Shown here: piece by piece, positions 12,096 through 24,679 of the stretch
Numbering within the stretch: the first letter of the stretch is position 1
How the letters are laid out: each line of letters opens with the position of its first letter
NCBI RefSeq assembly: GCF_035594765.1
Contig: NC_085841.1
Location: forward strand, 328,609,402-328,673,401
Direction of reading: 5' to 3'
DNA length: 64,000 nucleotides
Origin: Anolis carolinensis
Taxonomy: Eukaryota
Notes under the pieces: model-generated
Seen by the model: only the letters and a program-made list of their open reading frames with translations
Told to the model about the DNA's origin: nothing
Databases searched by the model: none
Position numbers and translations under genes: made by a program

Positions 12096-13825
12096 TCCAG
12101 GTGGGAAATGCCTCCCATAAAGTGGACTTCAGTCCATAGATGCTCATGCCACAATCTTGTACTGATGCATTTGATTCTCAGGCAGGACTAATATGCAAAA
12201 TAATGGTTGCTTTTCTTTACATCGGGGTTACCAACATAAATTGTGTTGATTTGGCCAGAGCCCACCAAAACAACATTCTCAACCATCTCTGTATGCATTG
12301 CTGTTCCCTCTCTGAGCCTCGCTGCATATTTTGTTACACAACGTGCGTGCGTCTCTCTCTTCACTCCCTAAACCCTCTGGGCTGCCCTGCAATGACTAAG
12401 GCAAAGGCTGCGTGCAAAGGGCTTCCAAGACACAATGTCCTAATGAATTGATTTCAACTTCACATCCAGCATTGTTGCAAAGGATAGGCTATTGTCTGCT
12501 CAGTGCTAGTGTCATTACTCAAGGACAACTGAAAACCTGAGCTCACAAACAGTCACATTTTGCTGAGCTGATGTCACAAGGCAGGCAGGCAGGCAGACCT
12601 TCACCAGGTGCAGAACGATGGCTCCTCTGCTAGTGTTTGTGGCAGAAAGGGCAACATATAAGGCAGTCTGGGCAAGTGTCATTGCTTTTTTACCAGGTAA
12701 GTTCTGCAAGTGCATCTACACTGTGGATTTAATGCAGTATGGCCCCATGGCTCAAGGCTGTGGAATTCTGGGATATATAACTTGATGAGGCACTCTTGGG
12801 CCTTGTAAAACTGCAATTTCCATGACCCTGTAGCAATGAGCCCTGACAGTTAAAGTGTCAAACTGCATTCATTCTATAGCGTAGCTGTACCCTCTAACAC
12901 GCTCCCCTTCACAGGGCCAGATGAATAGCTTTAGAGGCCTTAGCAATTAAAATATTTTGCTGTCCCCATATACATCTATGTCAAAATATAAATGGCAAAA
13001 TAAACATTTATTTTTCAAAATGAAAATAACATGAAGATAGAAAATAAGATTTATTTCTGTATATTTCCACATCCTTTATATTTGAGACGTTTTCTCCTAT
13101 TTTTTTCTAACCCCAAAGCCGCTTGTCGTGGGAACCTCTTTTTGTGGAAACTGGTTCAGCTGCACCATGGTAAAGCCAGCAGTGGAAAATTTCTATGGTT
13201 CCCCTGTTCCCTTGATGCCCTAGGCACATGCTTATTTTGCTTAATAGTTAATGTAGCTGTGCCCTTCACAAGATGTGCCATTGGCTGCCTCTACAACTAG
13301 AATGAATGCAGTTTGATACCATTTTAAATGCTATGGGATCCTAGGAGTTGTAGTTTGGTGAGCCTCCAGCCAAGGCTGAAGACCTTGTAAAACTGTAATT
13401 CCCGTGGTTCCATAGCATTGAGCCATGGCAATTAAAACAGTTTCAAACTGCATTATTTCTGCAATGTATATACACCTAGATTCATATAAGAGGAAGCTGC
13501 CTCTACCTGGATAGACTTTCTACTTTTTGGCCAACAGAATTAACCTGAAATAAACCTCTGAGAACAATTCAATGGTTTGTACAATTTTTCTCTCCTTCCA
13601 ATCATCAAAATAAGGATCAGTGACAGCCTTTTGGTTAGAAAATCACCACTAGAGAAGTCCACATTTTCCTCTTGGTTTGGGGTAAGCAATGTGAATGTAA
13701 TTATAGTTTTTTAAAACTAGATGACACTTAGAGCAACAGGTTTTAGGATCCAGTTTCAATTCAAAAACACAGACCCTCGGGTGATAATCCATTTACTAAC
13801 CCACAAGAGAACCCTTAAAACAGTC

Positions 13826-14564
13826 TGTAAAGAAGTGTGTTTTTATTTTGATTTATAGATGTCATGTTTAATTCCGTTTTAAAAGTCATTTTTGGCTATG
13901 TTTAAAAGGGTAAATATTAGTTACCAGTGCGTGGGGGATGGTAACCAGCTCAGCATTCTAAGGCAGGTTACCATAGTAACGAGGGCGGAGCCAACCGCCG
14001 TTTGAAGGAAAAAGGAGGGAATGTTTTAAAAAACAGTTTAGTCTGTGATTTTAGTCACAGGGAAGACACTGGTTCCAGGTTAGGGAAACCAGGGAAACTC
14101 AGATCTCTAGTTGTGTCAAATAAGCAAGTTAGGTGACTTGTTTAGGTTTATTTGTAGAGTCTGAGTAATAAGCGGAAGCAATCCCAGTTGAATCCAAAGT
14201 GATCAGTTCATAGCTTTGAAACCATTATCTAAATGCCTTTAAAGAAGTTACTGTAACCACTAAGCTCTGTGCCTGAAATAAACTTATTTTTTATTCTTCC
14301 ATATCCAAGTCTCTGTCACATATATTCAAAACTAATTTACGATACCATCTAAAGTGAATAAGAAAAGATAAAGAAATTCCCCTCTGCCTGAGTTCTCCAC
14401 AAATTGGTGGCAGCAGTTAAATAAAACATATTTATATTGGTGGCAGCGGATATAGTTAAATATATAATAATATAATTAATAAAAAGATTCCTCCTCTGCC
14501 CCACATCTCCACAATTTGGCGGCAGCGGTGGGATATAAAGATTCCTCCCTGCCACATCTCCACA
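13826..14564 (+). mobile_element. Solo LTR (739 bp) with internal tRNA-Leu PBS-like repeats
   Basis: TG...CA ends, 5-bp TSD CAGTC (13821-13825 and 14565-14569), AATAAA at 14277, and TGG(T/C)GGCAGC copies near 14405, 14438 and 14517. Confidence 0.8.
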
Positions 14565-14579
14565 CAGTCTTTAAGTTTT

Positions 14580-15576
14580 TATACCAGCTAAGGTTGTTCC
14601 TCTTAATGTTCCACCAGCAACAGCAAGAGTATCCCTCTGGGCAGCTAAACCAGGCAATCCCAACTAGATGGCCCATGAGGGTCTGCCTCCAGGGGCAAAT
14701 GAAGAATGGGCAACTTGGGAGCCCATGAACAGACTCAGAAGCGGAGTGGGCAGATCAAAAAACAACCTGGCAAGATGTCACTACCTGGAGGAATCCTCCA
14801 CCTTGTGTGACTGAAGAGCAGAACAAACAACTGCATATGTATGCTTGCCTCATGTACGGAGGAAAAGTTGTTTAAAGCTATGGACAGTGTGGTCACTGTT
14901 GCCCACTTTTGGTCTAAAACTATTCCTTTATTTTATCACTTTTAAATGCTTTTGGGTGATGTGCGACGGGAAGTTGCTGCTAACGGTGTGAGAAATAAGG
15001 TTGAACACTGTGAAAGCCACCCACTGCATGACTATCAGCCTCCTCCCACCAGACTCAAATCAAGGAAGGGCTTCATGAGAACCACCACTCCTCTTGATGT
15101 TCCTCCAGCAACAGCAAGGGTGTCCCTCTGGGCAGCTAAACCTGGCAATTCTAACTGGATGGCCCCCCATGAGGGTCTTCCTCCAGGGGCAAACCAAGAA
15201 TGGGCAACTTGGAAGTCCCTGAACAGACTCAGAAGTGGAGTGGGCAGATCTAAAGACAACTTGGCAAGGTGGCACTACCTGGAGGAATCCTCCACCTTGT
15301 GTGACTGTGGAGCAGAACAAACAACTCCGCATATGTATGCTTGCCCACAATGTCCTGCCTCATGCACGGAGGAGGAGTTGTTTAAAGCTACGGACAATGC
15401 GGTTGCTGTTGCCCGTTTTTGGTCTAAAACTATTTAGTTGCTTGTGATTTCCTTTTTTCCCCATCATTTTAAAATGTATTTGTTATGCAACGCTTTTGAC
15501 ATGAAATAAATAAATAAAAATAAATCACTTTTAAACTTATTTATTATGCAATGCTTTTGAAACGAAATAAATAAAA
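14580..15576 (+). mobile_element. Older Vingi 3' fragment interrupted by the young copy
   Basis: 14580-14946 is a decayed paralogue of about 15075-15470. Its tail resumes at 15536-15576. Confidence 0.75.
14947..15523 (+). mobile_element. Vingi/ingi-clade LINE 3' end (young copy)
   Basis: ORF end WKSLNRLRSGVGRSK..LARW...CDCGAEQTTPHMYACP, (TAAA)n tail, and 12-bp TSD ATCACTTTTAAA at 14935-14946 and 15524-15535. Confidence 0.8.
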
Positions 15577-17129
15577 CTCCAAATCATTTGAGCCGGGCTT
15601 TGGTTTGAGGCGTAACAGCAATTTTTGAGTCCTTTTTGTCCAATTAAGTATTTTAATTTAAGCTTAGCATATCCAGGTTGAAATATACTCCTTTTTACAT
15701 CCATTTTAGGGGAACCATATTAGGACGTTGCAGGGAAAAAGAATGTGGCTATCTTATGACACTTTAAAGACTAGCATGCTTTATGTAACACAACTTTTGT
15801 GCACTACCTCTCAATCAGCTACGCAGGCAGTTGTCTAAAGGGGCACATGATTAAGCCCTTGCCTGGAAAGGATGAGGGATTAAATTAATTACCACCCAAC
15901 TACTGTTTGTCATTGTTAAAGCTGTTTGTACTTTTGCCACTTCAGTTCCCTCTTCCTCTACATCTGTCCAACAAACTGTGTATATCTTCCAGATATAACT
16001 TTCAACACACCATATGAAGTATGCATTGAGCCATCTATGGAGTCTCATGCTACCGAAAAGATGTCAGCATTTGCAATTATATCGTATAAACTTGAAGACA
16101 AGGACTGCTGTATCTATTATTTGTTAGCTGTTCTGAGAGTCTTTTCCAGACAAAAGAAAGAGTATAATACTTTAAACAAATCATAAATATTTAAACTGCT
16201 GCAGGACTTATTGTTCTTACCGTTCTGTCAAGGAGGCCTCAATGTCCTATGTAAATGTAGAATCTGCAGAAATCCCTCCGATTCCCTCCCTTGGTTCCTG
16301 AGGAATGGATTTAAATCTACCCCACTTATTCTCCCTATACATCCCTATATATCAGTTTTAGATCTTTTGTCAGCAACATGGGCTGCATCTACACTGTGGA
16401 TTAAATGCGTTTTGACACCACTTTAACTGTCATGGCTTAATGCTGTGGAATCTTGGAAGTTGCCTTCTCTGCCAAAGAGTGCCAGAGCCTCACCAAATTA
16501 CAACTCCCATGATTCTGTAACAAAGATGTTTCTATTACCACAACTAGCAGTTCAATGGCACAAGAAAGGGTTAATTTGTGTTTAATAGGCCTTCCTTCAG
16601 CTTGGTAGTTCAAGGCTAGAAAAAAAACCCTGAAGGCTGGGAACCATCTGGGGGAGGAAATTTTCCTTGTACCAACCTACTGATGCAAGTTCTCAGGGCT
16701 ATTAAGATGGGAGATGGATCATGGCTTCATGCACTTCATTTTCCAGGTAACACATACACACAGCACAGTGCCTTTGTAAACCATGACAATATGAGTCCAC
16801 ACTCAGATAATGCGGGATTTTCTGGCTTGATATTGTGGGATATAGGGCTGTGGGGAAGCTCCCCGGGTGGGTGGATCTTTGTCTTTACTCCTGTGACTTG
16901 GTTTTGGAGCTCTTCCACACAGTTGAATAAAACCCCACAATATCTGCTTTGAACTGGAATGTGTATGGAAATGTGGACTCAGCTAACCCAGTTCAAGGCA
17001 GATATTGTGGGTTATTCTGGGTTTTATGGCTGTGTGGAAGGGCCCTCAGACGTGAGGGAAATGTAACCAGAGAAGGAGACTCAAGCTGTGACCGAGAGGC
17101 TGCGGAGGCATCTTTTTATCCTCTGACTC

Positions 17130-17540
17130 TATAGCCCGTGCTAGAAGGCACCCACCTCGGGGTTTCCGGTGGGTGCGCGCGTCACATCCGGGCGGTTCTG
17201 AGATGCCGGTAAGCAAACGCTCGTCCCGGGAAAGGGGAGTGGAGTTGGCGGGGGAGCTCTGCCGCCGCCATTTCGGGGCCCGGCTCCGTCGCAGCCGAGG
17301 GGAAGGGGGCCAGAGCCGCCGGGCCCCTCGCCGGTGCGTCTCCGGCTTCTCCCGCCGCCCGAGTCCGGCCCCTTCCTCTCCCGAAGAGGAGCCCTTTCCT
17401 TCCTTCCTTCCTCGCAGTGGGCTGGGCGGAGGCCTGCTCTCAGTAGTCGCAGAGGTGCGCTCTCTGACAGGAGGCTCTTCCTCTCTCTCATATCCTTAGA
17501 CTGGAAAGGGGGGGGGGAGGTCGCTCGTGAAATGACGTTG
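17130..17540 (+). promoter_or_regulatory. CpG-island promoter and probable non-coding exon 1 of ZNF410
   Basis: CpG-rich, with ETS-type CCGGAA/CCGGAT motifs (17163-17192), a strong donor CCG|GTAAGC at 17208/17209 and YY1-type CCGCCATTT near 17265. Confidence 0.7.
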
Positions 17541-17722
17541 CTTGTTTTGTTTTTAGCCGCTTTGAGCCTCTTTTAGGAAAGGAAAGCGGAACATACATCG
17601 CCTGTATATAAATATCAAAATATGTATTATGTACATATGTTGATTTGTTCGTTTCTAAAAATAGAAGTGCCACGCTCATAACAACATCTTATCTCTGTGT
17701 CTATTTATGTTTGGCTCTATCC

Positions 17723-19076
17723 CGGTGGTTCTCAACCTGTCGTTCCTCAGATGTTTTGGCCTTCAACTCCCAGAAACCGTAAGAGCTGGTAAACTGGGTT
17801 GCTGTGCGTTTTCTGGGCTGTATGGCCATGTTCCAGAAGCATTCTCTCCTGATGTTTCGCCAGCATCTATGGCAGGCATTTTCAGAGGTTGTGAGGCGTA
17901 TTGAAAGCTAAGTACAATAGAGTCTCACTTATCCAAGCTAAATGGCTGGAAGAAGCTTGGATAAGTGAATTTTTTGGATAATAAGGAGGGATTAAGGAAA
18001 AGCCTATTAAACACCAAATTAGGCTATGATTTTACAAATTAAGCACCAAAACATCATGTTTTACAACAAATTTGATAGAAAAAGCAGTTCAACACGCAGT
18101 AATGTTATGTTGTAATTACTGTATTTACAAAATTACAGTAGAGTCTCACATATCCAACATAAACGGGCCGGCAGAACGTTGGATAAGCGAATATGTTGGA
18201 TAATAAGAAGGAATGAAGGGAAAACCTATTAAACATCAAATTAGGTTATGATTTTACAAATTAAGCACCAAAACATCATGTTATACAACAAATTTGACAG
18301 ATAAAGTAGTTCAATACGGAGTAATGCTATGTAGTAATTACTGTATTTACGAATTTAGCACCAAAATATCATGATGTATTGAAAACATTGACTACAAAAA
18401 TGTGTTGGATAATCCAGAATGTTGGATAAGTGAGATTCTACTGTAGCACCAAAATATCACGATATATTGAAAACATTGACTACAAAAATGGCTTGGATAA
18501 TCCAGAAACTTGGATAAGCGAGGCTTGGATAAGTGAGACTCTACTGTATTTCCATACTCCAGGAAATAATGCCTGGCTGCTCACTGGAGGGAAAGATATT
18601 AGAGGCAAAGATGAAGTACTATGGCCACATAATGAGAAGACAGAAAAGCTTGTAGTAGAGAATGATGCTGGGGAAAATGGAGGGAAAAAGGAAGACTAAG
18701 GGCAAGATAGATGGATGATATCCTTGAAAGGACTGGCTTGACTTTGAAGGAGCTGGGAGTGGTGACTCTGCTGACAGGGAGAGGACGACTGAACAAATAA
18801 ACAAAGCAAGGGAGGTTTATATATCTGTGGAAGGGCCAGGGTGGGAGAAATTACTCTTGTCTGTTGGGAGGCCAGTGTGACTGTTGTAATTAATCAACTT
18901 GATTAGCATTAATGGCCTTGCCAGCTTCAAGGCCTGGCTTCTTCCTTCCTGAAGGAATCCTTTGTTTGGAAACGTTAGCTGGCCCTGATTGATTCATATC
19001 CCATCTGATAAACTGGCTGGGATTTCTGGGAGTTGTAGACCAAAACACCAGGGAACCCACAGGTTGAGAACCACTG
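17723..19076. mobile_element. hAT (Charlie-type) MITE expanded by nested insertions
   Basis: TIR C(A/G)GTGGTTCTCAACCTG with 8-bp TSD ctctatcc/ccctatcc. Uninterrupted relatives at about 5315-5437 and 54301-54434. Confidence 0.8.
18595..18803 (+). mobile_element. RTE/BovB-clade LINE 3' fragment
   Basis: Decayed KYYGHIMRR...MLGKMEGKRK...RWMD segment and acgactgaac...aacaa tail. Confidence 0.7.
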
Positions 19077-22027
19077 CCCTATCCGAAAGTTTAACAGTTG
19101 CGTCTCTCCTTTCATACTCTTTCCTTCTTTCACCCCATACTCTCACCATTTCACAAGCAGTGATTTGATGGCTCCACTCAGGCCATGGGGCAACAAACAG
19201 CAAATCAGCCCAGTATTTTTCAAATGGTTCATTAGAGGAAAAAAAAACACCCAACCAAAGTGGATGCATATGTAATGTAGTAATTATTATCATTTTCATG
19301 TTGTCAGTTTTTGTCTTCAGTTTTACAGTCAGCCCTTCACATTTGCAGGTTATTTTTTTCGTGTATTTGATTATTCATAAATTTGATTAAAATGGAAGTC
19401 TGAAAATGCTGGTTATTTCACCAGCTGAAGCCAAGTCAGAACTGATGGAAACATGGGATTCAACCCTCAATCCTTTCCCCCCATATGATACAGCAACAAA
19501 AATAATTTGGCTCATCAACCAATAGACAGGTGACACTCTGAAGAAATGAGCAAAAGATGGGTGAATGCTCTTCTGGATGAAATGACTTGAAATAATTCTT
19601 CAGTTATTTGTCCATCAGACTGAACCACAGGGTGGATTGAAGATGTCTTAATTTTCCTTCTTTTCAGAATTTGGAAAGAATTTCCTTACAATTCATTTCT
19701 GTCTCTTAGCAATTATGCGTAAGGTGATATCATTGGGGTCTTTTCCAAACTCAGACATTACAGCACCAGGTCTTGGCTGCTGCACATAGCACCAGGGACA
19801 CCTTCTTGCTCTCTATCTTTCTTCCTCCAACATACTCCATCAAGTATCACGAAACTTCCACTGATGGACTCACCAGACCACTGTTTAATGTCTAGGAAAC
19901 TATGAACCCAACATAACTCAACCCTCAGTAGCTACCAAGATACCTATACCAAGATACAGCTTCCTTTAGAAACAGATGCCTTAAAATAGACTTTGGGCTG
20001 CTTCAATGCTTTAAAGCCACCAAGTTATTTACTTCTCTTTCTCTTAGTTCTGGTATTTAGTTTCTAAAAACAGAAATGCCACTCTCCTCTCCTACTTGGA
20101 AACTGCCTATTGAGGTCTTTTCCCATTGAGAAATGTTTGTTACTTTTTACAAACTCAGAAAAACAAGCTATATTGCCCTTGTTACTGCTTATTTCTTCCC
20201 CAAATCCTCTCTAAACAGAACCAAGGTTGAGCCTTGGGTGAAGTCCCAAGACCAAAGGCGGTTCCGCCAGTGGTGCAGTTTGGTAATGTTCAGACTTTGG
20301 AAGTAATTACCTTATCAGATGAGGTGATCCACCACCACCTTTTGTTCACTTTACCATAATTGACTATCCAGAGAGTCATCAAAATCCAAAACAGCCTGTT
20401 TGGGGCTGTAGTTCCTGCTACTGAGAAAATAAAAATGACAAATTGCTGACCTTGCCTGATAAAATGTAGAGAAACCTAATACTTTTTTCTCTGTGTACTG
20501 GTCATCCAGACTGGTGAAATTTTCTGGCCTCAAACAAAAGCAGCCTTAGAACAGTCTCAAGCTCCCAGGCCTCCTGGTCCAACCCCAATTTAGTGCACTT
20601 TTCTAGAAGAGAAAGAGATCTTGTGCCACCAGAGAAGGCACACATGAGACTGTGAGGTTTGTTGTCTTGTATTAGACATGGTAAAAAACTATATTTTGCT
20701 GAATTCCTTCTGCATAGGATGAGCTTTATCACACCAGGCCCTTCTACACTACCCTATATCCTAGGATGTGATCCCAGATTATCTGCTTTAAAATGGATTG
20801 CTGTATATGAGTCTCCACTGCCAGATAACCCGGGAAAAGCATAATCTGGGATCGGATTCTGGGGCCCCTTCATCACAGATGAATAAAATCCCACATTTTC
20901 TGCTTTGAACTGGAATACATGGCAGCGTGGACTCAGGTAACCCAGTCCAAAGCAGATATTGTCGGATTTTCTGCCTTGATATTCTGTGTTATATGGCTGT
21001 GTGGAAGGGCCCTGGGATACAGCAGCAGTTTGGAAGGGGCCAGCACTATTGTAGGAATATCACTGTTGAGGCAAACAGGCCCCTTCCACACAGCTGTATA
21101 AAAACCACATTGAACTGGATTATATTGCAGTGTGGACTCAGATAATCCAAAACAGATATTGTGGATTATCTGCCTTGATACTCTGGTTGTATGGCTGTAT
21201 GGAAAGGTCCAGAAACATACTGATATGGAAGCAGTCACTATCACACTTCTCTACAATTGATAACAATGGTGCTTTGGTGGTGCACAGTCTCTTGGTCACT
21301 TTTACGCACCGCATTATTAGGCCTGCCTTCCTGCCCATATATGCAGTATCTAGTCGATGTGTGCCTTTCAATTTTTTAATCTATTTTTGCTATGATGTGC
21401 GCAATTACAACAAAATATATATGTATAAAAGTCAAAGAATGTATGTCCATTTGTAGCACAAAGCCTCCATTCCTTAATTGAGCTGGACGAAACCTGTCAC
21501 ACATACTGTTTATTATCCAATTTAACATAATTGAGGGGTTTGAACTAAAAAGGCCACCCCTTTTGGGCCCAGAACAGAGGGAAATAAAAGTATCTGAAGT
21601 GGATTTGGCTGTTGCTAGGTGAAGTAGCCCATTGTGATGTCACTGGGAAAGAAAAGGAGTGAAGTGCAATAGCTGTGGCGTGTAAGAGGGAAAGGGAGAG
21701 AGTAAGGAAGGAAAGAGAAACGGAATTAAGAGAAAGGAAAGGGGGAAAGGTATGAGGGGAGGCAAGGGGGAAATAGAAAAGAAGGAAAGAAAGAAAGAAA
21801 AATAAGGAAGAAAAAGGAAAGGGGAAAATATATATACTGGGTAACAATGGGTATATATACTCGAATAATAATACCATACAATTGTTACATCAGCCGATGA
21901 CTATTCCTTTGAGACTCCAGATAATAAGCATTCATCATTTGCTAGGACTAATGGGAGGTATGGTCAACAGCATCTGATCTGATTTTAACCCTTCTTCCTA
22001 CAGTATTTCTTATTTATTATTATTATT

Positions 22028-22069
<42 letters not shown>

Positions 22070-22424
22070 GTAATGATGATGATGTCCAACACCCCTTTTT
22101 AATTTAGATCCTGAATGATCTTTGATACAAAATTGGCATTTGCAGGTCTTGGTGTTTTATGCTACATGGGGTGCATCTATAGTCTAGGATTAATGCAGTT
22201 TAGCACTACTTTAACTACCATGGCTCAATGCTATGGAATTAGAGGTGTTGTATTTTAATGAGGCACCAGCAGTCTTTGGCCGAGAAGGTTAAAAAACTTG
22301 TAAAACTACTGGTCACATGATTTCATAGCATTAGGCCATTGCAGTGAAAGTGTTATCGAACTGCACGAATTCTACAGTGTAAATGCAGCCATAAATATGG
22401 AAAGCTGGATTTTTGGCTTGCTTA

Positions 22425-22574
22425 GGGCCCTTCCACACAGCCCTATATCCCAGAATATCAAGGCAGAAAATCCCAGAATACCTGCTTTGAACTGGGTTAT
22501 CTGTGCCCACACTGCCATATATTCCAGTTCAAAGCAGAAAATATGGGATATTATTCAGCTGTGTGGAAGGGGCC
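22425..22574. mobile_element. PIF/Harbinger-type MITE
   Basis: TIR GGGCCCTTCCACACAGC with TTA TSD; relatives at 16905-17046 and 20740-21210. A second family with GGGTGCATCTACACTGTAG TIRs lies near 12710, 22170, 22580, 27820 and 46105-46955. Confidence 0.72.
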
Positions 22575-24679
22575 TTAAGAGTGTCGCCTACACTGTAGAA
22601 TTAGTGCTGTTTGATAGCATGTTAACTGCTATGACTTAATGCTATGGAATCATCAGAGTTGTAGTTTTACAAAAGATTTAGTCTTTTCCGCCAAAGAGTA
22701 CTGGTTCCTCACCAATCTTCAAATCTCAGTATTTCATGGCGTTGAGCCACAGCAGTTAAAGCAGTGTCAAACTTAATTCATTCTAGAGTATTGATGCACC
22801 CATAATCTATGGAGGTGATGTTTAATACGCATGGTTAGAGTATCTGATGTCTGCTTCTTGTTATTGTGTGCCTTTAAGCTGTTCTATCAAAAGGCTTCAA
22901 GGGGCTGAGAGAGAGTATGACTTAGGGTTTCCCAGTGGGTTTTCATTGCTGAACAGGGATTTGAACTCTGGTCTTCAGAGTTATAGTCCAAAATGCAAAC
23001 CATTACAACAAATGTCAGGAGAGAATGCTTCTGGAACATGGCCATATAGCCCAGAAAACTCGCAGCAACCCATTACAACACTTAGTTAAATAAAGAAGCC
23101 CCTAGCCCAAGGAGATTACAGTTTTGAGAGATTACAGTATTAAGAAAATTCTCTCATACAGTATTGAGAGAATAATCAAAGGATCATAAAGGAATTTATA
23201 AAGGAGGCTTCAAGTAAAAAGAGCAAGTAAGATTGCAGCAAACATTAAGAGATAAAGTTTATTTCACTTGGGAGTGAACATTAAAGAGGTTGATTTAGGG
23301 AGGGACAGAAAGTAAAATGGGATCTACTGGTCTGTCATAGATTTGCAGTAAATGTTACAGCAAAAGGTTGAATTATTTAGTTGTCTATTCCTACATAGCA
23401 AAACGTTGAATAGTTGAACAGCTCTTACTGTCAGGATGTTCTTTCTAATGTTTCAGTGGAATGTATTTTCTTGTAAATTGCATTTATTGGTTTTTGTATT
23501 AGTTTCTGGTGTGGCAGTAAACAAGCTTGCTCCATCTTCTACGTGACATCAGAAACTTAGTGTGCTAATGTGGTGTATTGGTTGAGCACTAGATTACAAC
23601 TGGAGACCAAGGTTCAAATTCTCACTCGGTTATGGAAGTCCAGTGGATTATCTTGGGAAGTCATACTCCCCAAGTCTCAGAGGAAGGCAAGGGCAAACCT
23701 CCCCTGAATGAATCCTGCCAAGAAAGCTCCATGATTGATTTGTCTTAAATTCTTCATAAGTCAGAAATGTTTTGAAGTCACAAACAACAAGAATTACATT
23801 ATCTTCCAATCTTCTCAAAGCTAAACATATCCAGTGCTCTAAATTATTCCTTATGAGGCTTGGTTTCGAGATCTTTTACCATCTTTATCAATTTCCTCTG
23901 GACATATTCTAGTTTATGCCTCTTAAACTGTGACAGATTTACCTCTGATACTTGCAAACATATTCCTGTATGGAATTATTTAATTGTTCTATGTATCTTT
24001 GTCACCTGATTCTTGTTTAGATCTTGGGATTCTATTAATGGATCAGTACCTAGTATCAACACAGCATGCTACTGTTGCCAAGGGTATACTGGTGATGACA
24101 CTCTGCTTGAGTATCTATAGCAATGCCACAATTGCCACTGTTCACATGGTGTTGTTTGAGAACCAGTTCAGTCTCTCCTTTTCCCTTCACTGGCCACTGA
24201 TCAATAGCTACTGTGGGTTCTGTGGTTCTTACAGGATTTAATCAGTGCTGGTTGGATGTTGTGATTAATGTCCCATTTGCAAATGCTGTAAAATATAAAA
24301 GATTATGATACTATGTTTAAAATGTTGATTGATGTTGCCCTAGATCTGGGTATCTATCAAGGGAACATAATAGCCTAATTCTGGCTGCAGTTTAATAGAT
24401 AAGGAAATAGAAATAGGGATGGCCACAGTATTGCTGTAGATTTTGCATATGAGAGGGAAAATGTTATTGTATATCAAGCATAGGCAGTCATGTAATTTAA
24501 TTTTAATTTCTCTTTCTTTTCAGGTGAATTTGAATACATGTCTATTACAGCTTCTTGTAAGAAGATCCTTACAAAAGTTTGGGTTAGAACATGTGTATAA
24601 ACACAGAATATTGTTCATTTTGAACTCTTAAGCTTTGTGCCTTATCCAGACTTCCTTTGGGAATCAGAAACTTGAATCG

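Noticed and set aside
14946-14948. ATG start of the 163-aa Vingi ORF
   Set aside because: The ATG is created by the TSD/insert junction of a 5'-truncated LINE.
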